The notes below the pieces were generated by a model. The model searched no databases, was not told the origin of the DNA, and was given only the letters and a program-made list of their open reading frames with translations. Below are positions 8,347-17,680 of a DNA stretch of 44,787 nucleotides, piece by piece (the stretch's first letter is position 1; each line of letters opens with the position of its first letter). The DNA lies in the IMG/VR virus record IMGVR_UViG_3300031965_000057, positions 1-44,787 of that record; one strand, written 5' to 3'. This stretch comes from a virus. Its lineage: Duplodnaviria; Caudoviricetes. A program made the position numbers and the translations under genes.

Positions 8347-8826
8347 ATGAGCGACGTTAAATACCCGGAACTTCTCGCGGCGATTAACGCGGCCGTGCCT
8401 TGGAGATTGCACGCCATCTACGCCGCTGTTGAGGCGGTGTACGAAGCGAAGTGCTATGAACTTGCCGCCCTGCGTGAGCGCTACGCGCGCGGCGAACTGG
8501 ACGACGACGAACTCCAAGCCATCTGCCACAATCTGCCCGCTGAGTGCAAAGAGGCGTTCCACGACGGGTGCGACGCGACGCAGCGGAAGCTGACGGGTTC
8601 GTGCCGGACGGACGAATTGCGGGCGGAACTGACCGCCCTCCGCGCCCAGCACGCGGCATTCAAGCAAGCCGCTCATGCGGCCCTGGACGAAGCAGGTGTT
8701 CCACAATTTGGTGATGAGAAGTGCCGAGTGGGTGCCCGCATCCGTTGGCTTGCCGAGCAGCACGCGAAGCTGGTGGAGGCGTGCTACGTATTCCGCGCCG
8801 CACTCCCCGCCGAACAGGGGTCTTAG
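8347..8826 (+). CDS. Hypothetical protein
   Basis: AGGAG ribosome-binding site; helical ORF. Confidence 0.65.
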   Translation: MSDVKYPELLAAINAAVPWRLHAIYAAVEAVYEAKCYELAALRERYARGELDDDELQAICHNLPAECKEAFHDGCDATQRKLTGSCRTDELRAELTALRAQHAAFKQAAHAALDEAGVPQFGDEKCRVGARIRWLAEQHAKLVEACYVFRAALPAEQGS

Positions 8827-8828
8827 CC

Positions 8829-9056
8829 ATGAGCATCCACATGGTCATCAAATGCGACCGATGCGCTCGCGTGGCGGAGACAAAGCCGGGAGAGGTGTTC
8901 AGCCCGCAATATTTACGTGTGCTGATGCGTCGGCGCGGCTGGCGTGGAGCGTCGCGCCGGATATCACCGGGTGGAATGCTTGTGACGTGGCAGGCTCGCT
9001 TGAATGGTCGTGTTGACCTATGCCCGGCGTGTGCCAAGGCGGCGGGAATCAAATGA
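8829..9056 (+). CDS. Small zinc-binding protein
   Basis: CDRC...DLCPAC. Confidence 0.6.
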   Translation: MSIHMVIKCDRCARVAETKPGEVFSPQYLRVLMRRRGWRGASRRISPGGMLVTWQARLNGRVDLCPACAKAAGIK

Positions 9057-9253
9057 CCGACCCCCTCACCATCATGCTCGTCTGTACCATGCTCAGCAAG
9101 GGCCAGTTGGGCCGCACCGACGTAACCGCGTGGATACTGATGTACCTTTGCGGCATGGACATCAGAGAGATAGCAGCGGGTCTGCGCGTGGGTAATCAGG
9201 AGATCGCGGACGCCATCGTGCGCGTGAGCGAAAAATTGGAGTCGATGAAATGA
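9053..9253 (+). CDS. Small HTH protein (sigma region 4-like)
   Basis: YLCGMDIREIAAGLRVGNQEI resembles an HTH; ATGA-coupled. Confidence 0.55.
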   Translation: MTDPLTIMLVCTMLSKGQLGRTDVTAWILMYLCGMDIREIAAGLRVGNQEIADAIVRVSEKLESMK

Positions 9254-9768
9254 AACCCAAAGTATTCGGCGTCGGCATGTGCAGGACGGGAACAACCTCG
9301 CTGAACCGGGCGTTGCAGATTCTCGGCTGGGATGCAATTCACTTCCCGCGCGATATCGTGGAGATCGACCGGCATGAGGCGGCAACGGACATGACGGTGA
9401 TGGTCAGGACGAGGGAACTGGCCCTCATGTACCCGGATGCGAAGTTCATTTGGACCACCCGAAAAAAAGCGGGTTGGCTGGAATCGTGCCGGCGCCATTT
9501 TGCAGTGCGGCCGACCGGCCCCGTGGCGCAGGAGATCATGTTTCGGGTGTTCGGCCGGATGGATTTTGATGAGTTGGTGTGGAACGCTTGCGAACTGGTG
9601 TGGCGTTTTCATGTCCATTCGGTTCTAAAAGGTTTTTATAATAGCAGATTCCTGATCCTGAACATCTGCGATGGTGGCGATGGTGGCGAAGTCTGGCCGC
9701 AGTTGTGCGCCTTCCTGGACGTGCCGATCCCCGATTGCCCGTTCCCCTGGGAGAACAAGGGACGATGA
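9250..9768 (+). CDS. Sulfotransferase-family protein (Sulfotransfer_4-like)
   Basis: KVFGVGMCRTGTTSLNRALQILG PAPS-binding loop, YPDAKFIWTTR...WLES, WPQLCAFLD...PFPWEN. Confidence 0.85.
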   Translation: MKPKVFGVGMCRTGTTSLNRALQILGWDAIHFPRDIVEIDRHEAATDMTVMVRTRELALMYPDAKFIWTTRKKAGWLESCRRHFAVRPTGPVAQEIMFRVFGRMDFDELVWNACELVWRFHVHSVLKGFYNSRFLILNICDGGDGGEVWPQLCAFLDVPIPDCPFPWENKGR

Positions 9769-11072
9769 ACATTGTTGCACTCTACAAGACCTGGGACGGC
9801 GGCGAGTTCGTCGACGCTTCATTGGCGTCGATCTATCAGCACGTCCAGAACATCGTCATGGTGCATTCAGAAGTGTCCTGGCTGGGCGAGCGCGGCAACT
9901 CCGTTCGGTCGGCGGCCGTCGCCTGGTGTGAGCAGCACGACAAGGCGGGCAAGGTTCATCACATCGACGTGGAACTCACGAGTCAGGAGGCGCAGTACGC
10001 CGCGGGCATCGCGTTCATCAACCAGTACAAGCTCGGCGATGTGGTGATGGTGGTCGACGCCGATGAGGTGTGGGAAGGTCAGTACATCGAGAACGCCCGA
10101 AAGCAGATTCACGACCAGCCGTTCGCGGCGTACCGGTCCAACATGCACACGTACCTCAAGACCCCGTTCTATCAGGTCGATCCGCCGTTCGGTTCGCCGA
10201 CGACGTTCCTGACCGACCCGAATTACCTGATGGAAAGCCCGCGTGGCGGTAAGGCGCCTGCCCTGCAACTGGCGGACGTGTGGATGCACCACTACACCTA
10301 CGTGCGCAGAACGCGCCAGGACGTGGAGCGCAAGATTCACCAGTCAGCGCTGGCCGACAAGAGCGGCGAGACGGTTGTGGGCGGATGGATGCAGGACGTG
10401 TACGACCGTCTGCCGGAGGGACAGCACCTGCACGCCTTCCAGCGCCATCGCAGGGTTTGGCAGCGCGTTCATAAGATTTGGATTTCGGAACTTCCGCCGG
10501 CGATGCGGACAGCGCAACTGTTGCGTTTGTGGTGGCCGGACCGTGCACTTCCGGGCGGACATCTATCCGTAACCGACGGTGAAGCCGACACGATTTATCG
10601 GTTGGCCTTCGGGTCTGAGCAGGCCGTCGACCTTGGCACCTATCACGGGTTCACCGCCGTCGTTCTGGCGCTGGCGTGTCGGCGCTGCTGTACCGTGGAC
10701 AGTTACGGGCAGGGCGTTGCGCGGGAGTATCACAATTTCAACTATGACCTCGACGCGAACAGATCACTGGCCGAACGATGGGGGAACATCACGGTGAAGA
10801 ACAGTGACACGGAGGCGGCCGGTCGTGAATGGAAGAGCGGGCCGGTCGACGTGCTGTTTGTGGACGCGGACCATTCGCAGAGCGGTACGTTGGCGAACGT
10901 CGAAGCGTGGTGTCCGCACATGAGGCGCGGCGGCCGGATCATCTTCCACGACGACAACAAGATGCATCGCGGCGTGCGTGCGGCGGTGACGGCGCTGCGC
11001 GCCGATGCGCGGTTTCGGTTCTTTGATCCCGGCGAGTTTGCGGGTAGTCTGGCGGTATGCGAGGTGCGATGA
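9765..11072 (+). CDS. Fusion of GT-A glycosyltransferase-like domain and class I SAM methyltransferase (Methyltransf_24-like)
   Basis: N-terminal VVDADEVW and MHHYTYVR; C-terminal VDLGTYHGFT, VDVLFVDADHS, GGRIIFHD, GVRAAV. Confidence 0.85.
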   Translation: MNIVALYKTWDGGEFVDASLASIYQHVQNIVMVHSEVSWLGERGNSVRSAAVAWCEQHDKAGKVHHIDVELTSQEAQYAAGIAFINQYKLGDVVMVVDADEVWEGQYIENARKQIHDQPFAAYRSNMHTYLKTPFYQVDPPFGSPTTFLTDPNYLMESPRGGKAPALQLADVWMHHYTYVRRTRQDVERKIHQSALADKSGETVVGGWMQDVYDRLPEGQHLHAFQRHRRVWQRVHKIWISELPPAMRTAQLLRLWWPDRALPGGHLSVTDGEADTIYRLAFGSEQAVDLGTYHGFTAVVLALACRRCCTVDSYGQGVAREYHNFNYDLDANRSLAERWGNITVKNSDTEAAGREWKSGPVDVLFVDADHSQSGTLANVEAWCPHMRRGGRIIFHDDNKMHRGVRAAVTALRADARFRFFDPGEFAGSLAVCEVR

Positions 11073-11073
11073 A

Positions 11074-11673
11074 ATGAAAATCCTCATCCCCACCATGCTC
11101 ACCCCTGAACAGGTCGCGCCGCAGATCGCCGCGATCAGGGCTGTAACACCGGACAATGATGTCTTCGCGTCCTGTCTCCAGGCGTCCGCCAGCGTCAACC
11201 GCAACGCATGTCTCGATCAGATCGCGGTCGATGACATTGCGATTATGCTCGATGACGACATTGAAGGGTTCTATCCGGGGTGGGTGGGTGATCTTCTGGT
11301 CGGGCTGACGATCCCGAACGCCGTCATGGTGTCGGCTCGCCTGTTGAATCCCGATGGCTCGTTCGGGCCGACGTGCTCGCGGTGCCACGCGCGGGAGCCG
11401 ATGGAGATTGAGGTCAAGTCGAACGGCGAGGCGATCCTTCCAACAGCGGCGATTGCGTTTCATAACCGTGGCCACGTCTTCGATCCAGTCTATGTCGGGA
11501 GCGGTTTTGAAGATTCTGACTGGTGTCATCAATATCTGGCCAGCGATCCCAACGCGGTTTTTGTTCAGTCAAATCGGTGTAAACTGATTCACGCGAATCT
11601 TATGCGGGGACAAAAAGGTGACAACTGGAAAAACAACCGTGCGCACTTTGAACGCAAATGGCATGTTCGATGA
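11074..11673 (+). CDS. Glycosyltransferase family 2-like protein
   Basis: ASVNRN, IMLDDDI (DxD), VSARL, FDPVYVGSGFEDSDWC, FERKW. Confidence 0.8.
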   Translation: MKILIPTMLTPEQVAPQIAAIRAVTPDNDVFASCLQASASVNRNACLDQIAVDDIAIMLDDDIEGFYPGWVGDLLVGLTIPNAVMVSARLLNPDGSFGPTCSRCHAREPMEIEVKSNGEAILPTAAIAFHNRGHVFDPVYVGSGFEDSDWCHQYLASDPNAVFVQSNRCKLIHANLMRGQKGDNWKNNRAHFERKWHVR

Positions 11674-11939
11674 TCTTCCCCGAGATGCATCCGGCGTCTA
11701 TCTCATCATCAACACGGCAAACTCCCGGCGCTATTACGGGAGCAGCATGGAAGAAAAAACGCCGAACGCTCACGCATAACGGCGAAACACTGACGCTGCA
11801 AGATTGGTCAGAGAGAACCGGAATACCCATCACTAAAATCTACTGTAGAGTAAGCCGCGGGTTTGATGCGGCTCGCGTGTTGAGCGACAATGACGCAAGG
11901 GCGGGAAGAAAATGCACGCGAAAAGGAACGACCAAATGA
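11670..11939 (+). CDS. Small DNA-binding protein resembling the C-terminal domain of phage HNH homing endonucleases
   Basis: LTHNGETLTLQDWSERTGIPITKIYCRVSRGF; no nuclease motif; start uncertain. Confidence 0.6.
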   Translation: MIFPEMHPASISSSTRQTPGAITGAAWKKKRRTLTHNGETLTLQDWSERTGIPITKIYCRVSRGFDAARVLSDNDARAGRKCTRKGTTK

Positions 11940-12994
11940 ACACTGACTTCTCCAAGCCCCGCACGACAACCCGCGCAATGATCGACCCAACGCGGCTGTG
12001 CGCCCTTCGGTGTTCCTTCTGCTACTACCTTCCGAACGATGACCTGCACACCGTCAAGCCGATCGCCGCGCAGTACGCCGAGATCGACGCCGCCGCATCC
12101 CGCGGATGCGATTCCTGCGACATCACCGGCGGCGAGCCGATGCAGAACCCGCACGTTGTCGAGCTTGTGAAGTACGCCGTCGCCAAGGGCATCTTCCCCC
12201 GCATCATCACCAGCCTCATCTGCTCCGAGAAAACCTTCGACGGCGTGCTGGACGCCGGGGTTGCGGACTGGCTCATTTCCATGCACGGCGCGAAGCACGA
12301 CACGCACAACGCGATCGTTCACATCAAGGGCGCGCGGGCGATGCAGGAGAAGCGAATCGCCAAGATCGCTGCACGGATGGACTACTGCTGCAACTACGTG
12401 ATGGTGGAGGCGAATCAGAGCGAGATGGCCGACTGGGCGCGGTGGCTGGTGTCGCGCGAGCGTCGGCCCAAGGTCGCCAACTTCATCAACTTCAACGCAT
12501 TCGGCCCGTGGCTGAAATCGCCGGAGTGGATCGAGAAGGGCAAGGCGAACGTGATCGACCCTCGCGTCGCCGGCCCCGTGCTGGAAGAGGCGATCGACCT
12601 GCTCGAAGCCAACGGCATCGGCGTGAACGTGCGGTACGCGCCCATGTGCATGATGGCCGAGCGGCACAGGAAGAACATCTGCAACGACCTGCACGTCGCG
12701 TTCGACTTCGGCGAGTGGGACAACTCCTTCGGAGCGCGCACTTCCGCCGATGAGGTCTATCGCAAATATTCCCTGCCGCTGTCGAAGCACAACGAGGAGA
12801 AGGGCGAGCCGTGTTCCCATTGCAGTCACCAGTGGGTTTGCGGCGGCGCTAACCGAATCTGGCACAAGCTGGCGACGGAGAAGTTCGGGCGCGAGGTGCT
12901 CAGTCCGATTCCCGGTGCGCAGAACCGGGACCACTGGCACTACCGCAAGGACAACGTGTTGGGTTTGGACCCGCGCCGCGCAGTGATGGTATGA
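11936..12994 (+). CDS. Radical SAM enzyme with a C-terminal SPASM/twitch-like Cys cluster
   Basis: CALRCSFC (CxxxCxxC), ITGGEP, ISMHG...HNAI, PMC, CSHCSHQWVCGG. Confidence 0.9.
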   Translation: MNTDFSKPRTTTRAMIDPTRLCALRCSFCYYLPNDDLHTVKPIAAQYAEIDAAASRGCDSCDITGGEPMQNPHVVELVKYAVAKGIFPRIITSLICSEKTFDGVLDAGVADWLISMHGAKHDTHNAIVHIKGARAMQEKRIAKIAARMDYCCNYVMVEANQSEMADWARWLVSRERRPKVANFINFNAFGPWLKSPEWIEKGKANVIDPRVAGPVLEEAIDLLEANGIGVNVRYAPMCMMAERHRKNICNDLHVAFDFGEWDNSFGARTSADEVYRKYSLPLSKHNEEKGEPCSHCSHQWVCGGANRIWHKLATEKFGREVLSPIPGAQNRDHWHYRKDNVLGLDPRRAVMV

Positions 12995-13022
12995 TTTCGG
13001 CGAGTGCTCAGTCAGGAGACCC

Positions 13023-14705
13023 ATGCCGCGCAACCGCTACGAAGACGAAGATCAGCAACCCGTCAAAGCTCGCCCCGCCATTCCGATCATTGGTCCCCAG
13101 GCCGGGACGATGGAAGCGCCTGCCAGTCAATTGTCAAAGGCCGGGTTCCCCGCCGCGCCGCCGCCCTCCGCATCTGATTCCTCGGCGGTTGGATGGAACG
13201 CGCCGCCACGTCCCCAGCCATTCAGCGGCGCTATCGCGGCGCCGCCGCGTCCGCCTGGCACGATGGAAGCGCCCGCCAGCCAGTTAAGGTCCATGTCACC
13301 GTATGGACCTCAGAAGCCCGGCTGGAATGCCACACAGGGTTTGCCGGCGGACTCGCCGCCGCCGATCGCGTTCAGCAGGCCGTCTTACCCACCGCCGCCG
13401 TCGCTGAATGTCCAACCCGCTTCCGGTCAGGAGATGGCTTCGGCAACACAGTCTCTGGAAGCCGGCCGTCCAGCCAGCGCGGTCGCATACGGAAACGCCC
13501 TCGACGCCATGCCGCGCATTACCGATTCCGTGACGCGCGACGCCACCCGCGCCACCCAGGGCATTGCCGACCGCGCCAACATCGTCGGCGAGGGCAGCTA
13601 TGCGAACGCTGTGCAGCGCGGCGTGCCCCACGAGCAGGCGGGGGCGATGTTCGGCCGACCGGCATGGCCAGCGCCACGGCCCGCAGTCGAAACACCAGCG
13701 CCCACGGTCAGCCCGGAGACGAACCGCCGCGCGGTGACGGCAGGGGCCCTCATGGACCTCAACGACGCTTCTGGACGGGGCAACGTGGATACCCCATCGC
13801 TGGAAGGCAAGACGCCGGAGCAGCGCCGTCAGATCGCTGGCGGCGGTCCGCGCGATGAGTCCGGCCGGCGCAGCGATGAGTCGCCGCAGCAGTACGATGA
13901 ACGGCTCAAGAACATCGCGGCGATGAATCAGTTGAACGCCGGCCTTCCCGTTCGACAGGCGGAAGCGCGTCAGCAGCGCAGCCGGATGCGCCGTGACGCT
14001 GCGGCGTTGATGCAGACGGGCGACGTGGCGGGCGCGCGGGCGATGTTGCAGGAAGCCAACCAGGTCGGAATGCCGCAACGCCTCAGCCCGCTGGAGGCCG
14101 GCGGCGCGGTGGAGCATCAGCGGCAGGTAGAACTGGCGGGCGCGCAGGGCAAGAGCAGTTACGCACTGGAGCAGAGCCGGCTGGCCACGGACCGGGAGCG
14201 TATGCGTCAGGAAGGCATGAACACTCGGCAGGGCGCCGGGTTCGAGCAGGCCGACAAGGCGGCGCAGCGCTCGGCGGAAGTCAATACTCAGATGACGCAG
14301 TTGCGCAGTCGCTTGGATAGACTCAGCGCCGCCGACAAGTTGGCGGTGCAGCCGTTGAACGATCGGATCACACAGATCGACAAAAACAAGCAGGCGCTGA
14401 TCGCCACCATCGGTGAGTCGTTCACGCCCGAGGAAAAGAAGAAGAGCGCCCGCGAAGAATTGAAGAAGCTGGAGGACGAGCAGGAGAAGCTTGTCGGGCA
14501 GGCGAATGAGAAGCTGGACAAGATCAGAAGCGAGGCGTCAATTCCCAACGCGCCCGGCGGCACGCCGACCGGACCGTCCGCTATTCCGCCGGGTGTTCAA
14601 GCGCCGGGCGGGGCGGGTGCGACGCCCAATCCTGGCGACGTAGTGGACGGATATCGCTTCAAGGGCGGCAATCCCAATGACAAGGCGAACTGGGAAAAGG
14701 TGTGA
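13023..14705 (+). CDS. Probable internal virion / DNA ejection protein 1
   Basis: Pro-rich then coiled-coil; C-terminal GDVVDGYRFKGGNPNDKANWEKV motif typical of podophage ejection proteins; AGGAG ribosome-binding site. Confidence 0.65.
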   Translation: MPRNRYEDEDQQPVKARPAIPIIGPQAGTMEAPASQLSKAGFPAAPPPSASDSSAVGWNAPPRPQPFSGAIAAPPRPPGTMEAPASQLRSMSPYGPQKPGWNATQGLPADSPPPIAFSRPSYPPPPSLNVQPASGQEMASATQSLEAGRPASAVAYGNALDAMPRITDSVTRDATRATQGIADRANIVGEGSYANAVQRGVPHEQAGAMFGRPAWPAPRPAVETPAPTVSPETNRRAVTAGALMDLNDASGRGNVDTPSLEGKTPEQRRQIAGGGPRDESGRRSDESPQQYDERLKNIAAMNQLNAGLPVRQAEARQQRSRMRRDAAALMQTGDVAGARAMLQEANQVGMPQRLSPLEAGGAVEHQRQVELAGAQGKSSYALEQSRLATDRERMRQEGMNTRQGAGFEQADKAAQRSAEVNTQMTQLRSRLDRLSAADKLAVQPLNDRITQIDKNKQALIATIGESFTPEEKKKSAREELKKLEDEQEKLVGQANEKLDKIRSEASIPNAPGGTPTGPSAIPPGVQAPGGAGATPNPGDVVDGYRFKGGNPNDKANWEKV

Positions 14706-17680
14706 TGAAACCACCCTGGGAACGCGATTACCAACAGACCGAACCGGCGAAAAAGCCGTTGAAGCGGCAAGCCCCATCGGAACCCGCCGCTGGTGATGGT
14801 CCGTGGAACCGCCAGTACGGATCAACTTCCAACGCAAGGCCGTGGGAACGCGATTATTCGTCCGGGACCACAACGATCTCGCCTTCTCCCACAGCAACGC
14901 CATCTCCTGTACCTATCCCCCCCCTTCCCGCCGATATCCCGGTCAGTCTTCAGACCAAGGTGCTCGACGAGAGAATGCGACTGGCGGGCGAGACGCCGGG
15001 ACGAGAGCCGTCAGAAATAGAGACCCAGCTGGCTGAGCGGGTGTCGATGGCGCGGGCTGCCGCCCCCTATGTCCGAGTCCCGTCACAACCCACGACAACC
15101 GACGACGGGCCGAGAGAACTACTGCCCGAAGATACGGTCAATCCCCCACCTGCCAGGGTTATCCCGACCACGGATGCACCAGAAGGCGGCCCGTGGTATC
15201 AGCAGCCGTTGCGCACTATCGGGCAGGAGTTTGTCAATCTCACGAGCTTCCCGGAACGATTCACTGCGGGCCTGTCGAACGATCCGCACAAGATTGCGGC
15301 GGCGGAAGCCGGTCGGCAACAACAGATTCGCGGCCTGAATGAGCAGGTCGCCCCGCCGCAGACCGAAGCACAGCAATTCTGGGCGCAGACGCCGCAACTG
15401 GCGGCCGAAATCGGGCTGGCGGTGATGGCCCAGCGCGGGATTGCGGGCGCGGTGGGATCGCCCGGCACAAGTCCGGCACTGGCGGGTCGGGCAACACAGT
15501 ACCTGTCGTCCGCCGTCACAGGCAATCCGCGCATACAGGCGCTGCTGGCCAATAGCGCCGGCGTGGTGGCGGGGTTGAGTGAGTTCAGCGCACTGAGCGA
15601 AGCCATGAACGCTTCGATGCTGGGCCAGGCTCCGAACCCCGGCGAAGCAGTGCGGCACGCGGTCAACACGCTCGGCTCGCTTGCGGGCAAGACCGCAACA
15701 GGGCGACTCGGCGACCTGTCAGCCGACGAACTGCTGTTGGCCGCTTTTCTGGCTTACGGTGCTGCTCGCGGCGCGTGGGAGTCCAGACGGGCGGCTGGCG
15801 ATGTGGCGGCTCAGCAGAGCGGGTTCCGGCTGGAACAACACCCGGACGCTATGGCTTTCATTGACGAACTGATGGCCAAAAATCCATCGCCTGCGGAATT
15901 GTCGTCGACAATCGCACGACTTCGACGCGGTGGTGAGGGTCCGAACGCCATCGCGGATGCGCTGGAGTCCCGTCTGTCCGGCAAGCCAATTGCCGCCGCG
16001 CCCGCCCCTACTCAGCCGACGCCGACTCAGCCAGCACAGACAGCGCCCCCCGCCCTCGAATCCCTGCCCGTTGTGCGCGCCGAACCCTCCGCGCCCATCC
16101 AAGCGCGCCCGCAAGTATCCGCGCCTGCCCCCGCAACCGCGCCCCCGGCCCCCGCCGCGCCTGCGACCACCCAACCACCCGCCGCCCCACAGCCCGACTG
16201 GGCCTCAATGACGCCGTGGCAGCGGATGCAGACCAAGTTCCCGCCCGCCAAGGTAGGCGAAACCCAGATGATCTCGGCCAAGGAGATGTTCGAGAGCGGG
16301 TATCGGGTGGATGAGCGCGGGGAATTGGTGCGGCCGGGGCAAACGCCTACAAGCCCGCCTGCCGCCCCCGCTGCGCAACCCACCCCGACCACCACCGCGC
16401 CGCCAACTGCGGCTCCTGCGCCAACCACGGCCACGGAAGGGCCGGTTAAGGCAAGGACGCCGCAAGAGGGGGCAGGGACGCCCACTGTGACAGCCGAGCC
16501 AGTGGCAACACCCTCTGCGCAACCGCCCACCACCGCCGCGCCACCAGCGGCCACCAAACCCGCTCCTTTCGCCCCTCCGACGGCAGCAGGACCGGTCACC
16601 TCCGCCGCGTCCGCGCCGTCGGGGGGTTTTCAGCAACCCACCACCGCGTTCAGCAAAGGCGACCGCGTGCTGTTCAACGGCGACCCGTCAACAGTCACCG
16701 CGGCGAACAAGTCCGGCACCGACGTATGGGTGCGCCCGGACGGCGCATCGCCCCGGCGCGTGCGGGGTAAGGACACCATCCAACCCATCGGCCAAAAGGA
16801 GCCCCCCGATGCCAGCCCAGTCCAGAAAGAACCCCAGCCGAAAGCCGCCATCAAACGGGAAGCACCGGCCAAGCGTGGCGGCGCAGTTCCTCAAGGCGAA
16901 GGGGAGAAGGCGGTGAATCCGCCGGGTGAAGGGGAACCCCCGACTCGTATTGAGCGCGGCAAGGATGAGCCGTCTCCGCCAAAGACGCATTCCAATCGTA
17001 AAGTTGACCTGAACCGCGACCGGGCCAAGTTCCGACTGGGAAAACTGCAATCGCCCCAGACGCGAAAGTTCGAGGCCCTGCACGAAGAAGCATTGACGCA
17101 GTACACGGCCGAATCGACCGACGAAATGGTCCGCGAAGTGGCGGCAACCCACCGCCAAATGACCGACCTTGAGATTGCGGCTACGGCGGTTCGACTCGTC
17201 GAGTTGAGCAATCAGTACGATGAACTGCTTGCCAAAGTAGGTGCGACAAGCGAGCCTACGAATCTCGCACACCTGAACAATGAAATTGATTTGCTGGAAA
17301 CCCTGTTCGATTTCACCACCACGACCAGCGCCTTGACCGGAACCGAGACCGCTCGCGCGTTGAACGCTCGCAAATTAACGATCAACAACGCAATGGACCT
17401 TGTGTCCGTCATCAACCGCGCCAAGGCAAAAAAGGGTTCGGACCTCAGTGCTGCGGAGCGCGCCGCGTTTCAAGAGGACATCCGAAAACTGGAAGCCAAG
17501 AACAGAGAACTAGAAACACGCGATCAGAAACTACAAAATGAAGAGGCTAGGCGGGAACTGGTGCGCGAAAGGAGGCGCGAACCACGCGAACGAAACGCGA
17601 AAAAACGGCGCGGGCCGTCTGGCCGAAGCCTTGATGAACTGATCGCCAAGGTCAATGAACTCAAGAAGGCGGGATGCTGA
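14702..17680 (+). CDS. Probable internal virion / ejection protein 2 with a mucin-like Pro/Thr/Ala tract
   Basis: N-terminal PWERDY/PWNRQY/PWERDY repeats, Ala/Gly hydrophobic helices, long PTA-rich linker, helical C-terminus. Confidence 0.65.
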   Translation: MMKPPWERDYQQTEPAKKPLKRQAPSEPAAGDGPWNRQYGSTSNARPWERDYSSGTTTISPSPTATPSPVPIPPLPADIPVSLQTKVLDERMRLAGETPGREPSEIETQLAERVSMARAAAPYVRVPSQPTTTDDGPRELLPEDTVNPPPARVIPTTDAPEGGPWYQQPLRTIGQEFVNLTSFPERFTAGLSNDPHKIAAAEAGRQQQIRGLNEQVAPPQTEAQQFWAQTPQLAAEIGLAVMAQRGIAGAVGSPGTSPALAGRATQYLSSAVTGNPRIQALLANSAGVVAGLSEFSALSEAMNASMLGQAPNPGEAVRHAVNTLGSLAGKTATGRLGDLSADELLLAAFLAYGAARGAWESRRAAGDVAAQQSGFRLEQHPDAMAFIDELMAKNPSPAELSSTIARLRRGGEGPNAIADALESRLSGKPIAAAPAPTQPTPTQPAQTAPPALESLPVVRAEPSAPIQARPQVSAPAPATAPPAPAAPATTQPPAAPQPDWASMTPWQRMQTKFPPAKVGETQMISAKEMFESGYRVDERGELVRPGQTPTSPPAAPAAQPTPTTTAPPTAAPAPTTATEGPVKARTPQEGAGTPTVTAEPVATPSAQPPTTAAPPAATKPAPFAPPTAAGPVTSAASAPSGGFQQPTTAFSKGDRVLFNGDPSTVTAANKSGTDVWVRPDGASPRRVRGKDTIQPIGQKEPPDASPVQKEPQPKAAIKREAPAKRGGAVPQGEGEKAVNPPGEGEPPTRIERGKDEPSPPKTHSNRKVDLNRDRAKFRLGKLQSPQTRKFEALHEEALTQYTAESTDEMVREVAATHRQMTDLEIAATAVRLVELSNQYDELLAKVGATSEPTNLAHLNNEIDLLETLFDFTTTTSALTGTETARALNARKLTINNAMDLVSVINRAKAKKGSDLSAAERAAFQEDIRKLEAKNRELETRDQKLQNEEARRELVRERRREPRERNAKKRRGPSGRSLDELIAKVNELKKAGC

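Noticed and set aside
11840-13033. Long antisense and alternate-frame ORFs (e.g. 11840-13033 -, 28380-29567 +, 24598-25467 +, 6249-7094 -)
   Set aside because: They are shadows of well-supported genes in high-GC DNA and have no motifs or ribosome-binding sites.
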